From contig BFEA01000030.1 in assembly GCA_003427395.1 (NCBI GenBank), forward strand, positions 2,960,860-3,014,922: a DNA stretch of 54,063 bases, written 5' to 3'. The notes beneath the pieces were generated by a model that had not been told where the DNA came from, made no database searches, and worked only from the letters and a program-made list of their open reading frames with translations. The number at the start of each line of letters is the position of its first letter. Position 1 is the stretch's first letter. Shown one piece after another: positions 13,271 through 26,076 of this stretch. The stretch comes from Chara braunii. Its lineage: Eukaryota > Plantae > Charophyceae. The position numbers and the translations under genes are program-made.

Positions 13271-14719
13271 AACTGCGGTAAATAGGCACAGGGTACAAAG
13301 GGAAATGGCTTCGTAATAATGGTCCGGTAAGACAACTCGAGTTGTAGACGGGAGAAACCCCAATAGAATAACTATATATGTGAGGTATGTTAGAATTGAC
13401 TCGAAATACGTCATGAAAATGTCTCCTCCGGATAGAACAAGGAGTGGTTTTAAGGACATTGTTACAGAGGTTTATTCCACTGGTCCTATCGTTGAGAGGA
13501 GAAAGGATGGGACCTATTTTGTGTCAAGGTCAGGGTGATTGTACGTATGTGAGAGGGAGTGCAGTCTGTTTTGTGAAAAGTGTGAGAATCCTAAGGGATT
13601 TATGAGTCTCTGAGACTCGAAGGCTTGTCATGCCAGATGTTTATTGTTGAGTATGATGAGGACCCATAAGTTGGTCTCTCACCTTCATTTATTTATGGTA
13701 GAGACGCCTTTTGTGAGAATCCAATCTTTTGCTTATTGGAAGACTCATCTTCAGAGAGGGAAGATGTTTTAATGAAAGGTCGTGTGGGAGTTTATCCTAA
13801 ACAGAGAAGGGATGACTGAGAGACCTATTGAGAGAGACTTCCTTCGTATGAGAAGGGAGTAAATAGATTTAATGGCATGGTAAGTTGGTTTTGAACGATA
13901 AAGTCTGACGAGGAGGACCACATTTTTGCTTGGCCATTGGTGGAATTTTAAAAGGTCGCAAGAAACTTCATCGGGGGATGTTTCGGGATGTGTGGTCTTC
14001 TTGCCCTGATCAAGTATGGGGGTCATGGCCTTGCGGACCTTGAGGTGATTCTGTTTTGTGATAGTGGAGAGACTGTTGTGTTCTCTTTGTGTTGACGCAC
14101 AGAGGGCTGGTAAATGTCTTTTATGTGTGACCGACCTTTGCGTAGTCCCGCAATAGGCCTGTATCGTGCGACACACCGTCCAACCGCTTGTGCTAAATCC
14201 TGGGCATCTATGAGAATACCAAGCTAACGGTAAAGTTTAGCATCACTAGGGCGCAACCCCCAGTGTTGACTGTTGACTAGCACAACCTGGGAGCGGGCCC
14301 ACGTCTCGCCAGAAGGGGTAAAGACTTAAAGGGGTGTGGCCACCCAGGAGGGTTTTACCTGCCGCGGGGGGCGTGAGATAGGAGTCGAGTCTTTTTTGAA
14401 TCCTGATTGAATGTTTATCATGAGAAAAAACCTATCGTGGCGTAACCTGCGAGGGCACTACCGCTAAAATAACAAATGCAGTGGGCCATAGACCTGGCAC
14501 GATTACCTAGACGACGGTGGGCCAAGATGGAGACCTAGAATTCTTGTACTAGACTACAGGAGGTATGTTGAGATAGGTGAAATGTTGGAGGCCTCAACCC
14601 TGAGTCTGTCGGCTAATCAGATTGGTTCCTTTCTCGTCAGCATTTTGATTTATGGATGGATTTATAGTTTCTCGATCTTGCGAAGCGACGGGGACGTCGC
14701 TTAATATGGTCCGGTAAGT

Positions 14720-17459
14720 TGTCGGTGCGAATACCCTTACAAGGGTATCCGTCCTGGTTTTTGAAAGCGACAGAAAAAAAGTTTAGTTTAAAGATTGAGT
14801 ATACCACACGAGTCGCGACAGTGTCCGTTGTTTATGCGGCTGATGGTTTACTAAAATAAAGTGTGGGGGCGAGCGGATTTGAGGCGCACGTAATTTTTTT
14901 AAATTGTTGATGATTGTGAAAGTCGGCGTTGGTCGTCGGCTGGATTTTTATCCTAATTTAAACAGGGATTAAAAAGATTATGTCTCGCCTATGACTTATG
15001 CGTACGTATGGAGGACGGCGTCGACAACAGTGTGGCTTCTGAAATTGTTTCGGTAGGTCGGCGCGTCGTGCAGTGCTCGTTTTATTTAGGCGTCCGTCGG
15101 AGCTAGACGCAGACTTGGGCCTAGCATCAGCGGTTACGGTGTCCGGATTTCATCAAAGAGATTCAGGGATCAAGATCGAGCGGCGACAACGTGGGAATGT
15201 CAGAGTGGCCCGAAGGGACCGAGGGGGTCGAGGGCTCGATGGGGCTATCCCCTTTGGTTTTACCGTTGGCGGCATCCGATCTGTGGAGACACTTTTTAAG
15301 TAATTCTTTTTTTTTGCGCCGTATTCCTAATAATTGTTGTTATACTCCGGCGTGTCGTTGACCTGGACGCGACGCCGGATTTTTTAAGGCCATCACGGCG
15401 GTCGAGGATCTTGAGTGCGCGCCCCCCCTTGGCTGACTTACGGATCCCTGCGTGTTCGGCGTGTTGGCGAAGTTTTTTTATCTTGTATGTCTTAACGTGC
15501 ATACGAACCGGTTGATGATTAGCCCACGAGGTGGAAAAAACCGAGTGGCGGGGACTTTCTGCGGGCGCACTGCCCATCGACCACTGTTGGTATGAGAGGT
15601 TTGAGTGTGCGCATGCCCGGTTGGGACCTGAAAGGTGGTGACCAGTGCCTGGGCACAGTGGGGTTGGGTCCACCAAGGCGGAGGTTGCTGCAACAACGGA
15701 TTACATGGAGCCCACCTCACCGCGGCCCACGTTTCTGGCTTTGAATCAGTCCCGCACCCTCTCACTCACTGTTGCGTTGGAACCACTACGACGGCTGAGT
15801 ATTGGATGCGAGATTCAGCGCTCTCCATTTTCAAAGCTGGTTGATCCAGCCGGTGAGTTGTTATACACTTAGCGGAGTTCGACCTCCGCGACCAGCGTCC
15901 CGCTATCTGTAACTAGTCGATCCCCTCTTGCGGCTTGGGTCGGCTGGCAGTTGGCACAGATGGTAGTGTAAAGGGAGAAAGGGGAGACTGAATTTAGGCT
16001 CGGAACTGCACCAAGTGCATGCGAATCGGAGCTCCAGACAGCGGAAGAGAAGGCAGCGAGAAGGGGGTTGCGTTAGTAGGAAGAGAAGGGAGCGAGAAGG
16101 GGGCTGCGTTAGTAGGAAGAGAAGGCAACAAGAAGGAGGTTGCGTTACTAGTAAGAGGAGGCAAAGAATCGGGGCAGCAAAGGCAGCAAAGAAAGCACCG
16201 AATCTGGGCGTGAGCATGCGCCGGATGCATGTGGGATGAGAGAGATGGGAGATGGCGGATATGAGGTTGTAAAGCCGCCCGTTTCTTGAAGAAGTCGGGC
16301 GGGGAAGGAGCCGATCCGAGGGTTTTGGCCACGGGCGAAGTAGATGGTAAGGTTAGTATCGACGAAAGGTTAGTAAGATAGGTGATGGAAAGAGAGAGAG
16401 GTGCGTGGAGAGTATCGGGAGTAAGCGAAGAGTGGGAGTGAATGAACCTGGCGCAAATTCGCACCGGTTGCATTCGAAGTTTGAGAAGCAGCGAAGGAGC
16501 TATGGTCGAGCGAAAAAGACATAACTCGCCCGTTCCTTAATGGAATCGGGCGAAGTAAGAGCCGTTTCTGGGGTTTTGACCCCGGGCGAGCACGATTATG
16601 AGGTTCGATTAGTTAGTAATTTAGTAGAAATAGAGTTAGAAGGAAGAAACGGTGCGTCAAGAGATGGCGGAGAGTGGAGGAGTGAAGGAAGCGAATAGCT
16701 TGCCCGATTCTCGACGGAATCGGGCAAACCAAGAATTGTTTTCGTAGTTATTGAATAGGGCGAACATGATTGTAAGGTTAGTTTCTACTGTTAGCGGATG
16801 GGTTTTGAGGTACGGAAGGAAGAGGCTGCGTCCAGCGGCTATGGAAACGAGGAGTGGTGCGCGGAGGTAGAAGGAAGAGAGTTATGATGGGGACAAGAGA
16901 CGGATATCCTGGTCGATTCTTGATGAAATCGAGTACGGGAAAGGGTTAGTATGGGGTTATGGGCCATTGCGAACACAACAGCGTAGTTAGTTTTTAAGTC
17001 GAGAGCGTAGACTTAGTCGGGCAACTGTTCTGGGCTGCGTGAGGAAGAGGCCTGCAGCAAAGATGCATCTGGCTGCATTCCTGGGAGAGGTTCATCCCGA
17101 CTTTGGCCATAACGTCCGTGGAAGTAACATGGGGGCAAGCCGCGAGGTCGGGCACTTACCTGTTGGTCGGGGCGTTGATCATCCTGATTGCAGAATAACC
17201 TCTCTCTGTTCCTCTGCACGTATGACTGAAAGTACGGCGTACCTGCCCGTGTTTTAGCTTAGGATTCATTAAAGGGTCGGCCTGATGGCCCCGATCAGAT
17301 TGGAGGCAGCGGGCGCAACGGCTGAAATCCGCACATAAAGAGAGAGAGAGTGAGAGTGAGAGAGAGAGAGAGAGAGAGAAAGAGAAAACACGCAAGGGTG
17401 AAGGAGAAGAGATACGTACCCGGTCATGACGACGTCTACACGGACCGATGCGCTCGACA
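14720..17459 (+). repeat. 3' LTR of element B (2740 bp)
   Basis: Second copy of 5358-8411; differences by eye are mostly transitions. Confidence 0.93.
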
Positions 17460-17463
17460 CTAG

Positions 17464-18093
17464 TACCGGACCTCCTTCCAAACCTAGATCTGGGCCTGTC
17501 CTCCCGTGGTCCCCACATGAAAGGCACCGGGTCTTTTAGAATTCCGCACGGCCTGAACCCTTGAATAAGTAATCGCATGACCCGAAGGCCCTTTTTCCCA
17601 ACCTTAGGCCCGCAGTCCTTTTTAGGTCTCACTCACAGCCCAAACGCAACGGTCCCGTGCACGCTCACATAACATTATCTCTCAAATTTGGACGTTGTGG
17701 CAAACTTTTAGTGTTACCGCTGCTTGGTCAGCCCGAAGGCTCGTCACAATAGTCGCCCGCCTCCATTGTTTCGTCCACTGTCCGGCTCTTAGAGTGAGTC
17801 TGACCCCCTTGATCTTGTCCGTCATCCGGAGCCCCTGGCTTGCCCCTTGCTGTTATCGTGCTTCTGTATCCTGACTGCAATGGGCTTTCATAGTGGTGAT
17901 GGGAAAATGGCCACTTCGAGTTCCGTGGCCACTTTTCTCTGACGCCTCGGCCCTTATTTTCATGGCGTGAATCTCGTATGATAATCCTTCGTTGTCGGCC
18001 GTGGTCCCACCTGGTAGTTTTTGTAATTCCGGTACCCGCCAAGTGTTATCATGAAGGAAGTAAAGGGAGGCGTAAGGTTGGAGCCGCCCGACA
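17464..18093 (-). repeat. Proximal part of the 3' LTR of element A
   Basis: Starts TGTCGG on the minus strand 4 nt after the G10 PPT. Confidence 0.65.
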
Positions 18094-18097
18094 GCAG

Positions 18098-18107
18098 CCC
18101 CCCCCCC
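18098..18107 (-). promoter_or_regulatory. Polypurine tract of element A
   Basis: G10 on the minus strand, downstream of integrase and next to the TGTCG LTR start. Confidence 0.75.
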
Positions 18108-18588
18108 ATTTTTGACGTCCCCGGCGAGCTACTTTGGTGTATCGAGCGAAAAGAGAAGGAAATGTTGACTCCTAATCTCTACCAATCAACCCCAAGATTG
18201 TTCTCACCGCTTTCGTCGGATTCTTTTCTCTTGCTTCTTTTTCTTGTCCCGCTTTTTCTTAATCATTGTCCTTTTGATCCCTAATCGTTTCTTGACCTTC
18301 CGTCGTTTCTTCCCGCGGTGACGCCCATCTCCATCTCTGGCTATGACTACCCTGCCTTTAATAACCTTCTTAACCTTACGTTTTCTTTCTCGCCTTAGCG
18401 TGATTGACTCTAAGACTTTTTGCTTCGTTTTCTTTTTGTCCTTAATCTTGCTGTTTCTGACACCTAAGACTTTGCCCCGCCTCCTCTTTGTAGGCGTTTT
18501 AGAAGATTTTCCTTTCTCGTAAGTGAACGACTTAAACTCTTTCATAGACTTTGTCGAGGGCTCTTCTAGAGGCTCTTCCGGTTTCTCC

Positions 18589-19890
18589 TCAACCTTTTCT
18601 TTTCTTTTTGTCCGTCTGCATATTCGGACGAACCTCTCCTCGCTCCTTAAATACTTTTAGACGTGCGCCGGACACCGGTTCCTTCCATCTAGCTCCATCC
18701 AACTCCTCAAGCAGGTAAGCCCCGCCCTCCGATCTTTTAGTTACACGGTATGGTCTCATCCACCTGTTAGCCAGTTTCTCTATCCACGTCCTCTCCAGAG
18801 CAGAATCGTAGAGTAAGACTAGGCTCCCAATAGGTATTCCCTCCTGCCTAACTCGAAGGTTTTTATCCCACCTTTCCTTTTCCTTTCCCCTTTGGGCTTT
18901 CAATTTTTCTATAGCGTCCAGGGTGCTATCCTTAAGTGTCTCAGCTATTTGCCAAATCCTCGCGCTCAATAGCTGCTCCCTAGTCAACACCTCTTCCCAG
19001 TCAATCTTCGTCAAAGAGTCTGTATGAAATTCTATGGGTAAAGGGCAGTGTCTTCCGAACCATAAAGTGTAGGGCGGGTACCGGGTGGTGGATCGAATAG
19101 TAACGTTGTTTATCCAAACTGCGAATCTCATGTACTTCAGTCACTTCTTCTCCCTTCCCTCGCACCATTTGGCGAGCGCGTTCACTACAGATTAGTGCCC
19201 TCTTTCAACAGGGGCGTTAGTCTGAGGTTGATATGCCGTGGCCAGTGACACTCGGATTCTTGCCCTTTGGAGCAAGCCCTGGACTTCCCTAGCCATGAAC
19301 TTTGACCCCCTGTCCATGACGATCTTCCCGACACATCCGTATCGAGTAATATATTATGTCAGACACTTACTGACCGCTCTTCCTGTCTTCTGACGCAGGG
19401 CCCACGCTTCTACGAATCCAGTAAGACCGTCTCTGATATCCATGATATAGTTCATTCCTCCTTCACCTTTGGGCATTTTGACTAAGCCCACGTGAACTTT
19501 CTGCCCTATCGCGGTCGGATAGGAAGGGAACAACGGTTCCTTGTACTTAACTACGACTCTTTTCTGACATTCCATTCATGTCTGGCAGTAGGACTCTACA
19601 TCTCCGTATAAGCCATCCCACCAGTAAAGATTCCTGACCTTCTCAAAGGTACCTTTCACCCCTTTATGTCCTCCAACGATCCCATCGTGAAACTTTGCTA
19701 TTATTTCTTTCTGCTCTCCCTCATCGCAGACGACCCTTATCGGCATACCGCTCTTAGTCGGCCTCTTAAAGAGATGGTCCGCCTTAAGACGGTACTGTTG
19801 AGCTTCCTTCCTGAGTTTATCATCGACCTCAGTCTCTCCTATAAGGTACTTCCCTATTTGGTAGTACTTACCGATATAGAGGTTTTATAG
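18589..19890 (-). pseudogene. Gypsy integrase (disrupted)
   Basis: GHKGVKGT...NLYWW zinc-binding region; KIVMDRGSKF; AYQPQTNAPVERGH; GPY/F-like WMRPYRV. Confidence 0.9.
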
Positions 19891-19940
19891 AAACAAAGAG
19901 GCGCCACTAGTAGTGGGCTCCATCTTCAACGAACCGATTT

Positions 19941-21482
19941 TCATCTGCAGAAACTTATCAACCCCCCGGGTGATCCCAAGTTTCCTTCTTCCAGCGGAAT
20001 TCGCGATAGCCCATCCACAACCGAGTTCTTAGTCCCAGATATCAGCTCAACGACATAATCGGACATCCTTATGTGTATGAGCCACCTAGTCATCGTAGGG
20101 TATGTCAAAGAGAAGTCTTTTTGCAATACAGCAGCTACTGTCATTGGATCAACCCGCAAGACGAACCTCTGTTCGTAAATATAATGTCGGAAGACATTCA
20201 AGCAATGGAGCACCCCGGGAACCTCTTTCTTAAACTGTGAGTAGTTTCTCTTGGTAGTGTTCAGTGTTTTACTCTCGAATTTAATGAGTCTCTCCTTACC
20301 ATTAGGATCTTTTTGAGCCAAGACTCCACCGACAGATGCAAGCCCCGCATCGGTGCATGCTACAAACAGTCTCCTCTCTGCATCTTCAAAATAAGGAATA
20401 CCCAGGACTTGACCAGCTTCCTTAAACTCATTCTTAAACACTTTTACCGCATCCTCTTGTTCACTGGTCCATTTCCATTCTACCCCTTTACGTAGTAACA
20501 TTCTCAACGGATCTGCCTTTTCAGCGTACCCTTTTATGAAATTCTTCCAGAACCCGACCACACCTAAAAATTGTCGTATGTCAGTAATATGCCGGAGCGG
20601 AGTAGGCCAGTTCATAAGTTTTTCTAGTTTCGCCGGATCCGGCCGCCTGCTAATTTTGTCACAGATATAGCCCAATATCTTGATGGAAGATACTGTCCAC
20701 CTACTTTTGATCCCACTCACCGTGAGATTTGCGTCTTCTAGTTTCACAAACACCTTTTTAATGTTCTCAGTGTGAGTTGTGACGAGCTTCCTTACTCCAG
20801 GACTCACCTCAGTCACATCCTTCTCGCACGACCCTTTGATCGGAAAGTCATATAGGAAAACTCCCACCAAATTCGGTATAAGCTCCCCCAACACTGCCAC
20901 CATCGCTCTTTGAAAGACTGCAACACTGTTGGTCCATCCCATCAGCACCATCATCATCTGGATTAATCTCAATGGCGTGTGCATCACGGTTATGTGCATC
21001 GCAGTATAGTCAAGCGGAATCTCATCGTATCTTGAGAAAAAATCGCAGACGGAATAAATCGAATGCCCAACTGACCCTTTGGATAAGAGATCTGCATTTG
21101 GAATGGACTTTACGTCTCTCACCATGGCTTTATTCGTTTTCTGCAGATCTTGTATCCACCGTAGCTTCACATTTGACTTCCGTATGAAGAATCGCCTGTT
21201 CTCGTAGGCACTCTCACACGGCTCTGCTACGAACGTCCTGATTTTTTCTTTCAGGAAATCTACTATCATCTCCTTTTCCTTCTGAGCGCACTTCTATCCA
21301 GCGTCATTCCACGGTACATGTGGAACCGTATAGATCCTCACGGGTTTAGCATACCACGGGTCTATTCGCCCTCTCTCCGCGTTAGAGAAGGCCACCGCCT
21401 CGTCACATGCTCTTAACGTCTCTATTATCAGTCCTCTCTCCTCCTCGGTTATGTTTCCATTCCTTATGTCCATCCCCTTCAA
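19941..21482 (-). pseudogene. Gypsy reverse transcriptase and RNase H (disrupted)
   Basis: LRWIQDLQ, MGWTNSVAVFQ, VFLYD (mutated xxDD), ILGY, IRQFLG, TDAGLASVGGVLAQ, NYSQFKKE, NSVVDGLSR. Confidence 0.95.
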
Positions 21483-21855
21483 GCGCTCGTTGGTAATTTT
21501 TTACACCTATGTGGCTTTCCGTTCCCTGATCATCTGAGTTATTTCTTCCTCAGTGGTTCTTATTTCTCCTGTCCTGTCACTGCTAACTGCAGTCGACTTA
21601 ACTTTTTGGGCTACGGTTTTGTATTTTTTCCTCCCGCTGTGTGGGGGAATTTCTAAAAAAAAACATGTTTATGCATCCACCAAACTCTTCGTCGTCGCTC
21701 TCCTTTGGGTAAACAGCCCCGTGTACCATATATTTGCCTTCCAAATCTTCAATCTCAATCTTCTTCCTTTTTATTTTATGAGGCTCTAAGGTTGGCTCCT
21801 CTGGAACCATTTGGCAACTCCGTGTCATTAACTGGCCTTTACTCTGCAGGGAAAC

Positions 21856-22260
21856 TTAATGTCGTTTATCAAATTCATTCACGATCTTTAGTGTAACCCT
21901 GCTTCCCTCAGGCCCATCTATGGTGACTGTCTGACTTCCATCCCGCTTATTCTCGGTGGTGGCGTTGACATGTGTCAACCAAGTCCTCCCAAGGATTAAC
22001 TCTGATGAACAATGTTCCACCGTGAATAAAGGCACGGTGGCCTCGACTCCATCCACCACCACACTGGCCTTATGATATACTCCAAGCGCTGATTGCCTCA
22101 ATTTGTTAGCTGATACCATGGTCATGGCAACACTCCTATCCACTTCTAGTTCAAGTTTTTGTGCTACCTTATCTTCGCAAACCGTCGATTATGAACCATC
22201 ATCCACAATAGCCTTCATACTAACTTCATTCACAATTACGTTTAGTTTTCCACTGCCAAG
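21856..22260 (-). pseudogene. Retroviral-type aspartic protease (disrupted)
   Basis: KAIVDDGS active-site-like motif and ELILGRTWL. Confidence 0.85.
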
Positions 22261-22389
22261 GACGTAGAAGTAACTGCTTCCACCCTCAATAGTCTCTCAT
22301 TCTTTCTCTACCCTTTTTCTGCTATCAATACAGAAGTTTTTGCCTCCACTTTAAAGTCTTCAATGCTCGTTGCCTCTAGTAGCAGTACC

Positions 22390-25371
22390 TTAGTTTATCA
22401 GTTCATCCCTCGCAAGGTCGTATCCGACAATGAACTCCTTAAGAGTGATGGGGATGGGCATATCCATCTCTCTTCTTAACGGTTCTCTCAGGTCTACCTC
22501 GTCCAGTGTGTTTTTCAACTGGAATTTCTTAGGCCCCATTTTCCTAGGGGATAAGGGTGGCTTTGGCGACTCCACCTGCTCATCTGTTATTGGTTGGTCC
22601 GGGTCTTCTTTCTTCCCGTGACTCGACTCCCCAACTCCTTGGGTACAGACGAAAGTCTCGCCATTGCTCATTGTTTCCTCAAACTTTATAGAGGAGACTC
22701 TTATTCTCAGACTCTCAGGTGCTTTATCAATCTCGTCTTCGAATGTTACCCTAGAAACCTTCGTTGCCAAGGGTACCTGCACTTGTTTAGCCTTCGCCTC
22801 GTTCATTCTTCTCCTTCGGATATCAACGTTAATCTTCATCGAAGGCAAAAAGGGCACATACTTCCCCTCATCTGCCCACATTATATATTTTTTATCATCT
22901 AATTTGATAATTCCTTCTTTTAATGCATCTAGCATGGCTTGACAGTCCCTTTTTCTGTGATCTTCATCGTCACAGTACATGCAAGCTTTATCACTCCATA
23001 TTCGTTTTGGACTAGGGTCCCCTTTTTCTCGCCCTTCAGGTCGCGGAGTGGCTCGGACAGGTAGTTCCTCCTTTTTCCAACTGCTATTTTACAGTTTCTC
23101 CATCACCGCTTTCAACGTCTCTATCTCCCTTGTCATTTCATCCTCTCGTCTTTCCAGTTTCCTGACCTCTATTTCATCCCTAGACTTCCACCCGCTGTCT
23201 TTGGTATTGGACCATTTAGAGGTTTCCCATTCCCCGTCATCTCTTTTCCAATCTCCTCGATTCCCCTTCCTCCATTCACTGTCACTTCTACCAGGTTCCC
23301 CTTTTCTGGGTGAGCTTGAATACGTATCCCTTCCTTCCGCCTTAGGTCTCCTATCCTCAGTTTGAAGTCTTCCTCCTCCTCTTCCCGAAGTTACTCTCTT
23401 CCCTAGGTTATCGAAAACTTTCAAGATATGCGCTGTAGCGCTTTGCCCTTCCGTATCATGAGTTAAACTTTGCGCATACGTCACACCTTTAGAGGGTAGC
23501 TCCATCATAATTATCTCACACCTCTCCCTCGGTAAGGACCCTGTGAATATTCCGCATTTTTCTAGCTCTTCCATAAATCCGCCCTCCACCAGCGGGTTCG
23601 AGACCTTCTCATATCTCCTCGCAAACGCTACCAGATTTTCCTCTTCATCTTTCTTCATTTCTTTCAGATCCTCAACCGAGTAAGAGATTTCATCACAAAC
23701 AAAGGTTCTAGTAACCTTCTCCCTGAACGTCAACCAATGACCATCGTCAGGAATGACATTCCTTATTTCCCGGTCTATCTTTGGTGATGTATGGTGGAGG
23801 AAGTTTGCAATCACCTCCTTGTCAGTCCATTCTCCTCTTATTCCAATTACCTCTCAGTCATCCAGGAATTCGGAAACGTTCTTTCCTGTGAAAATCGTTT
23901 GGACCCCGGTCAACGCTGGCGGGCCTGGCGACTGGTACATAGGGGGCCCGAAGAAAGGAGGCACATAGGAGCCTGCCGCATACGCCATAAAGTAAGGGCT
24001 CCTTCTATCAGGCTCACCGGGAACTTCTCTTCACGACCCCCTAACTCCTAAATCAGTAAGCCTAGGCGCTTTGGGCCTAGTCAAGACCTCTCTCCTCCAA
24101 CCTTTGACTTTTTCACTTCGTTCTTCCAGCTCTTTGACCCGAATCTCTAATTCCCTTAAAACCTTCCTTAATTTTTCAGTGTCGTTTATAGACTCGACAC
24201 CCATCTTTCTTTCAGGGTTGTTAGTCCTTAACTCTTGTGTCTTTACATCACCTCCTATCGAAGTCAGGTAAGTTCCTTCAGCGTCCATTCTTCCCAATTA
24301 ATTTTCCGACACTCGGTTCAACGCGATCAAAATCCTCTCGATTGAACCCTCTAGTACCTCTTGCAACGCTTCGAAGTCAGCGTCCTTTCCTTCGGCTCTG
24401 ACAACTAGAGCGGTGGTCAGCACGACCTTTGAATAGCGCGAGTTTGTTTCCAAAGTTCTCAATGAAACACCGCCGACTATGTCGTTAGAAAGCTCTCCGA
24501 GCTCTCCGGAGTCCTCCCTTAGTTTTATAGTCTCTCGCCATTCTCGATAAAACGACTCCCCTTCAAACGGTATCGTCTGAATCTCAATCTTGGCTAACCT
24601 AAGTTCGTCGACCTCTTTCCAAATAACACATATCCCAGCTTCCCTTATAGTCTTTCTAGCAGATTCAGCCTCCTTCTCCTGGCTTAACCTTTCTTCATGT
24701 ATCACCTCTACTCTTGCTCGGACCAAGGATCCCTCTATCTTCGCTCCACCTATGAGTTGATACTTCTTGGTCACTCCTCTACGACTAGCCATCCCTTCTC
24801 TCTCCAGTCTCGCTACGGATCTCTCTTATCCTTCTAGTCAGAAACTCCTCCCTCCAGTTAATTATGCTCTCTCTCTTCCTTGTAGATCAGAGTCAATTCT
24901 TCTACTCTCCCTTGAAGTGCAAGAAACCCTCATTCATCCATGGAGCCACACCAGTCCTTGTATCCGTCCACTAGTTCCACAACTTTATCGTTTATTGGAC
25001 AAGCGAGTTTACTTTCTCGTCACTTCCTCTTACATGAGGGATCGTGCCTCTTGGACGGTCTCGTCTTTCTCCACTTCGTGTTTCAGCCATCCTTGTGACC
25101 ATACCATCACGTCATAAGTTATCCGCCTTTCTTTTACTACTGAGGTAAGCAGTCTAGGTCGTTCCCGTTCAATTGCTTCTTCGGCTAAATGCCTACAGCT
25201 TCGTTCATCCAGGGATCTCGTCGATCGGATTCGAATAACCGACGTTATCCTTCCCGCAAAAGATACCCTATTCACTTCCTCCTCTTCGGTCACCACACCC
25301 GACATCCTTCTCCGTCTCGGGTGACCCTTTACTCGCCGTCTCACTCCTTTTAACTCTTTGCACAAACTCAA
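22390..25371 (-). pseudogene. gag: gag with CCHC knuckle and a long in-frame N-terminal extension
   Basis: FTGKNVSEFLDD motif near 23860-23895; CMYCDDEDHRKRDC near 22945-22983; ORF-track pieces starting at 25371, 24792, 24297, 23814, 22980 and 22143 share one frame. Confidence 0.8.
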
Positions 25372-25640
25372 TCATCGGCTCCCAGCTAGTGGTCCGATGC
25401 CGCGTTAAAGTTCTCCGCCAGAATGGTCGGGATCCCATCGAAGATCTTGTTTTTGATAGACACGGAAGTCCTCTTTTGGCACCCACCTCGTTGGGCCTAT
25501 ATACGCAGAGAATCCGCACTACTTCCAACTCTAGCATCCCCAAAAGACATACTCACCTCCCCTCCTCTTGGTCTACTTCCCAATGTACTGGTTCTAATCT
25601 TGAGTTTTTTTCTCCTTTTTTTCTCCTTTTTTTTTTCTTC

Positions 25641-25837
25641 GATCGATTGATTGGTTGATTGGTTGATTGGTTGATCGATTGATTGATNNNNNNNNNNNNN
25701 NNNNNNNNNNNNNNNNNNNNNNNNNNNNNNNNNNNNNNNNNNNNNNNNNNNNNNNNNNNNNNNNNNNNNNNNNNNNNNNNNNNNNNNNNNNNNNNNNNNN
25801 NNNNNNNNNNNNNNNNNCCATCAATCGATCAATCGAT
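25641..25837. repeat. GATT/GGTT/GATC simple repeat around an N gap
   Basis: Direct reading. Confidence 0.8.
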
Positions 25838-26076
25838 AAACCTGTTTTTTTTTTAGGGGAGGTCGTTGCCAAGCCGTTCACATTCAGGGATCTTAGATCT
25901 AGGTCAGCCTCTCTTTTACCTTTCACCTAGCCCTTATCTTTTCCATATAAAATCCTTGACAAGTCCCTTTCCTAAACCTGTTCTCTGGATCTTTCTCATC
26001 TCTCCTCATACTGTTTCTCACCCCATCAGATCCCAGTCTCCCTCCTTCGCGCCTGGCGTTTGCAAGTATCCCTCCT

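Larger units (their letters stand above)
5358..17459 (+). mobile_element. Complete non-autonomous LTR retrotransposon B (gag only, no pol)
   Basis: Two long direct repeats with TGTCG...CGACA ends; PBS; TSD CTGG/CTAG; gag remnants; no RT or IN motifs seen. Confidence 0.9.

Noticed and set aside
18044-18093. Apparent 50-bp TG...CA mini-LTR
   Set aside because: No second copy; better explained as the start of the ~2.8-kb 3' LTR of element A
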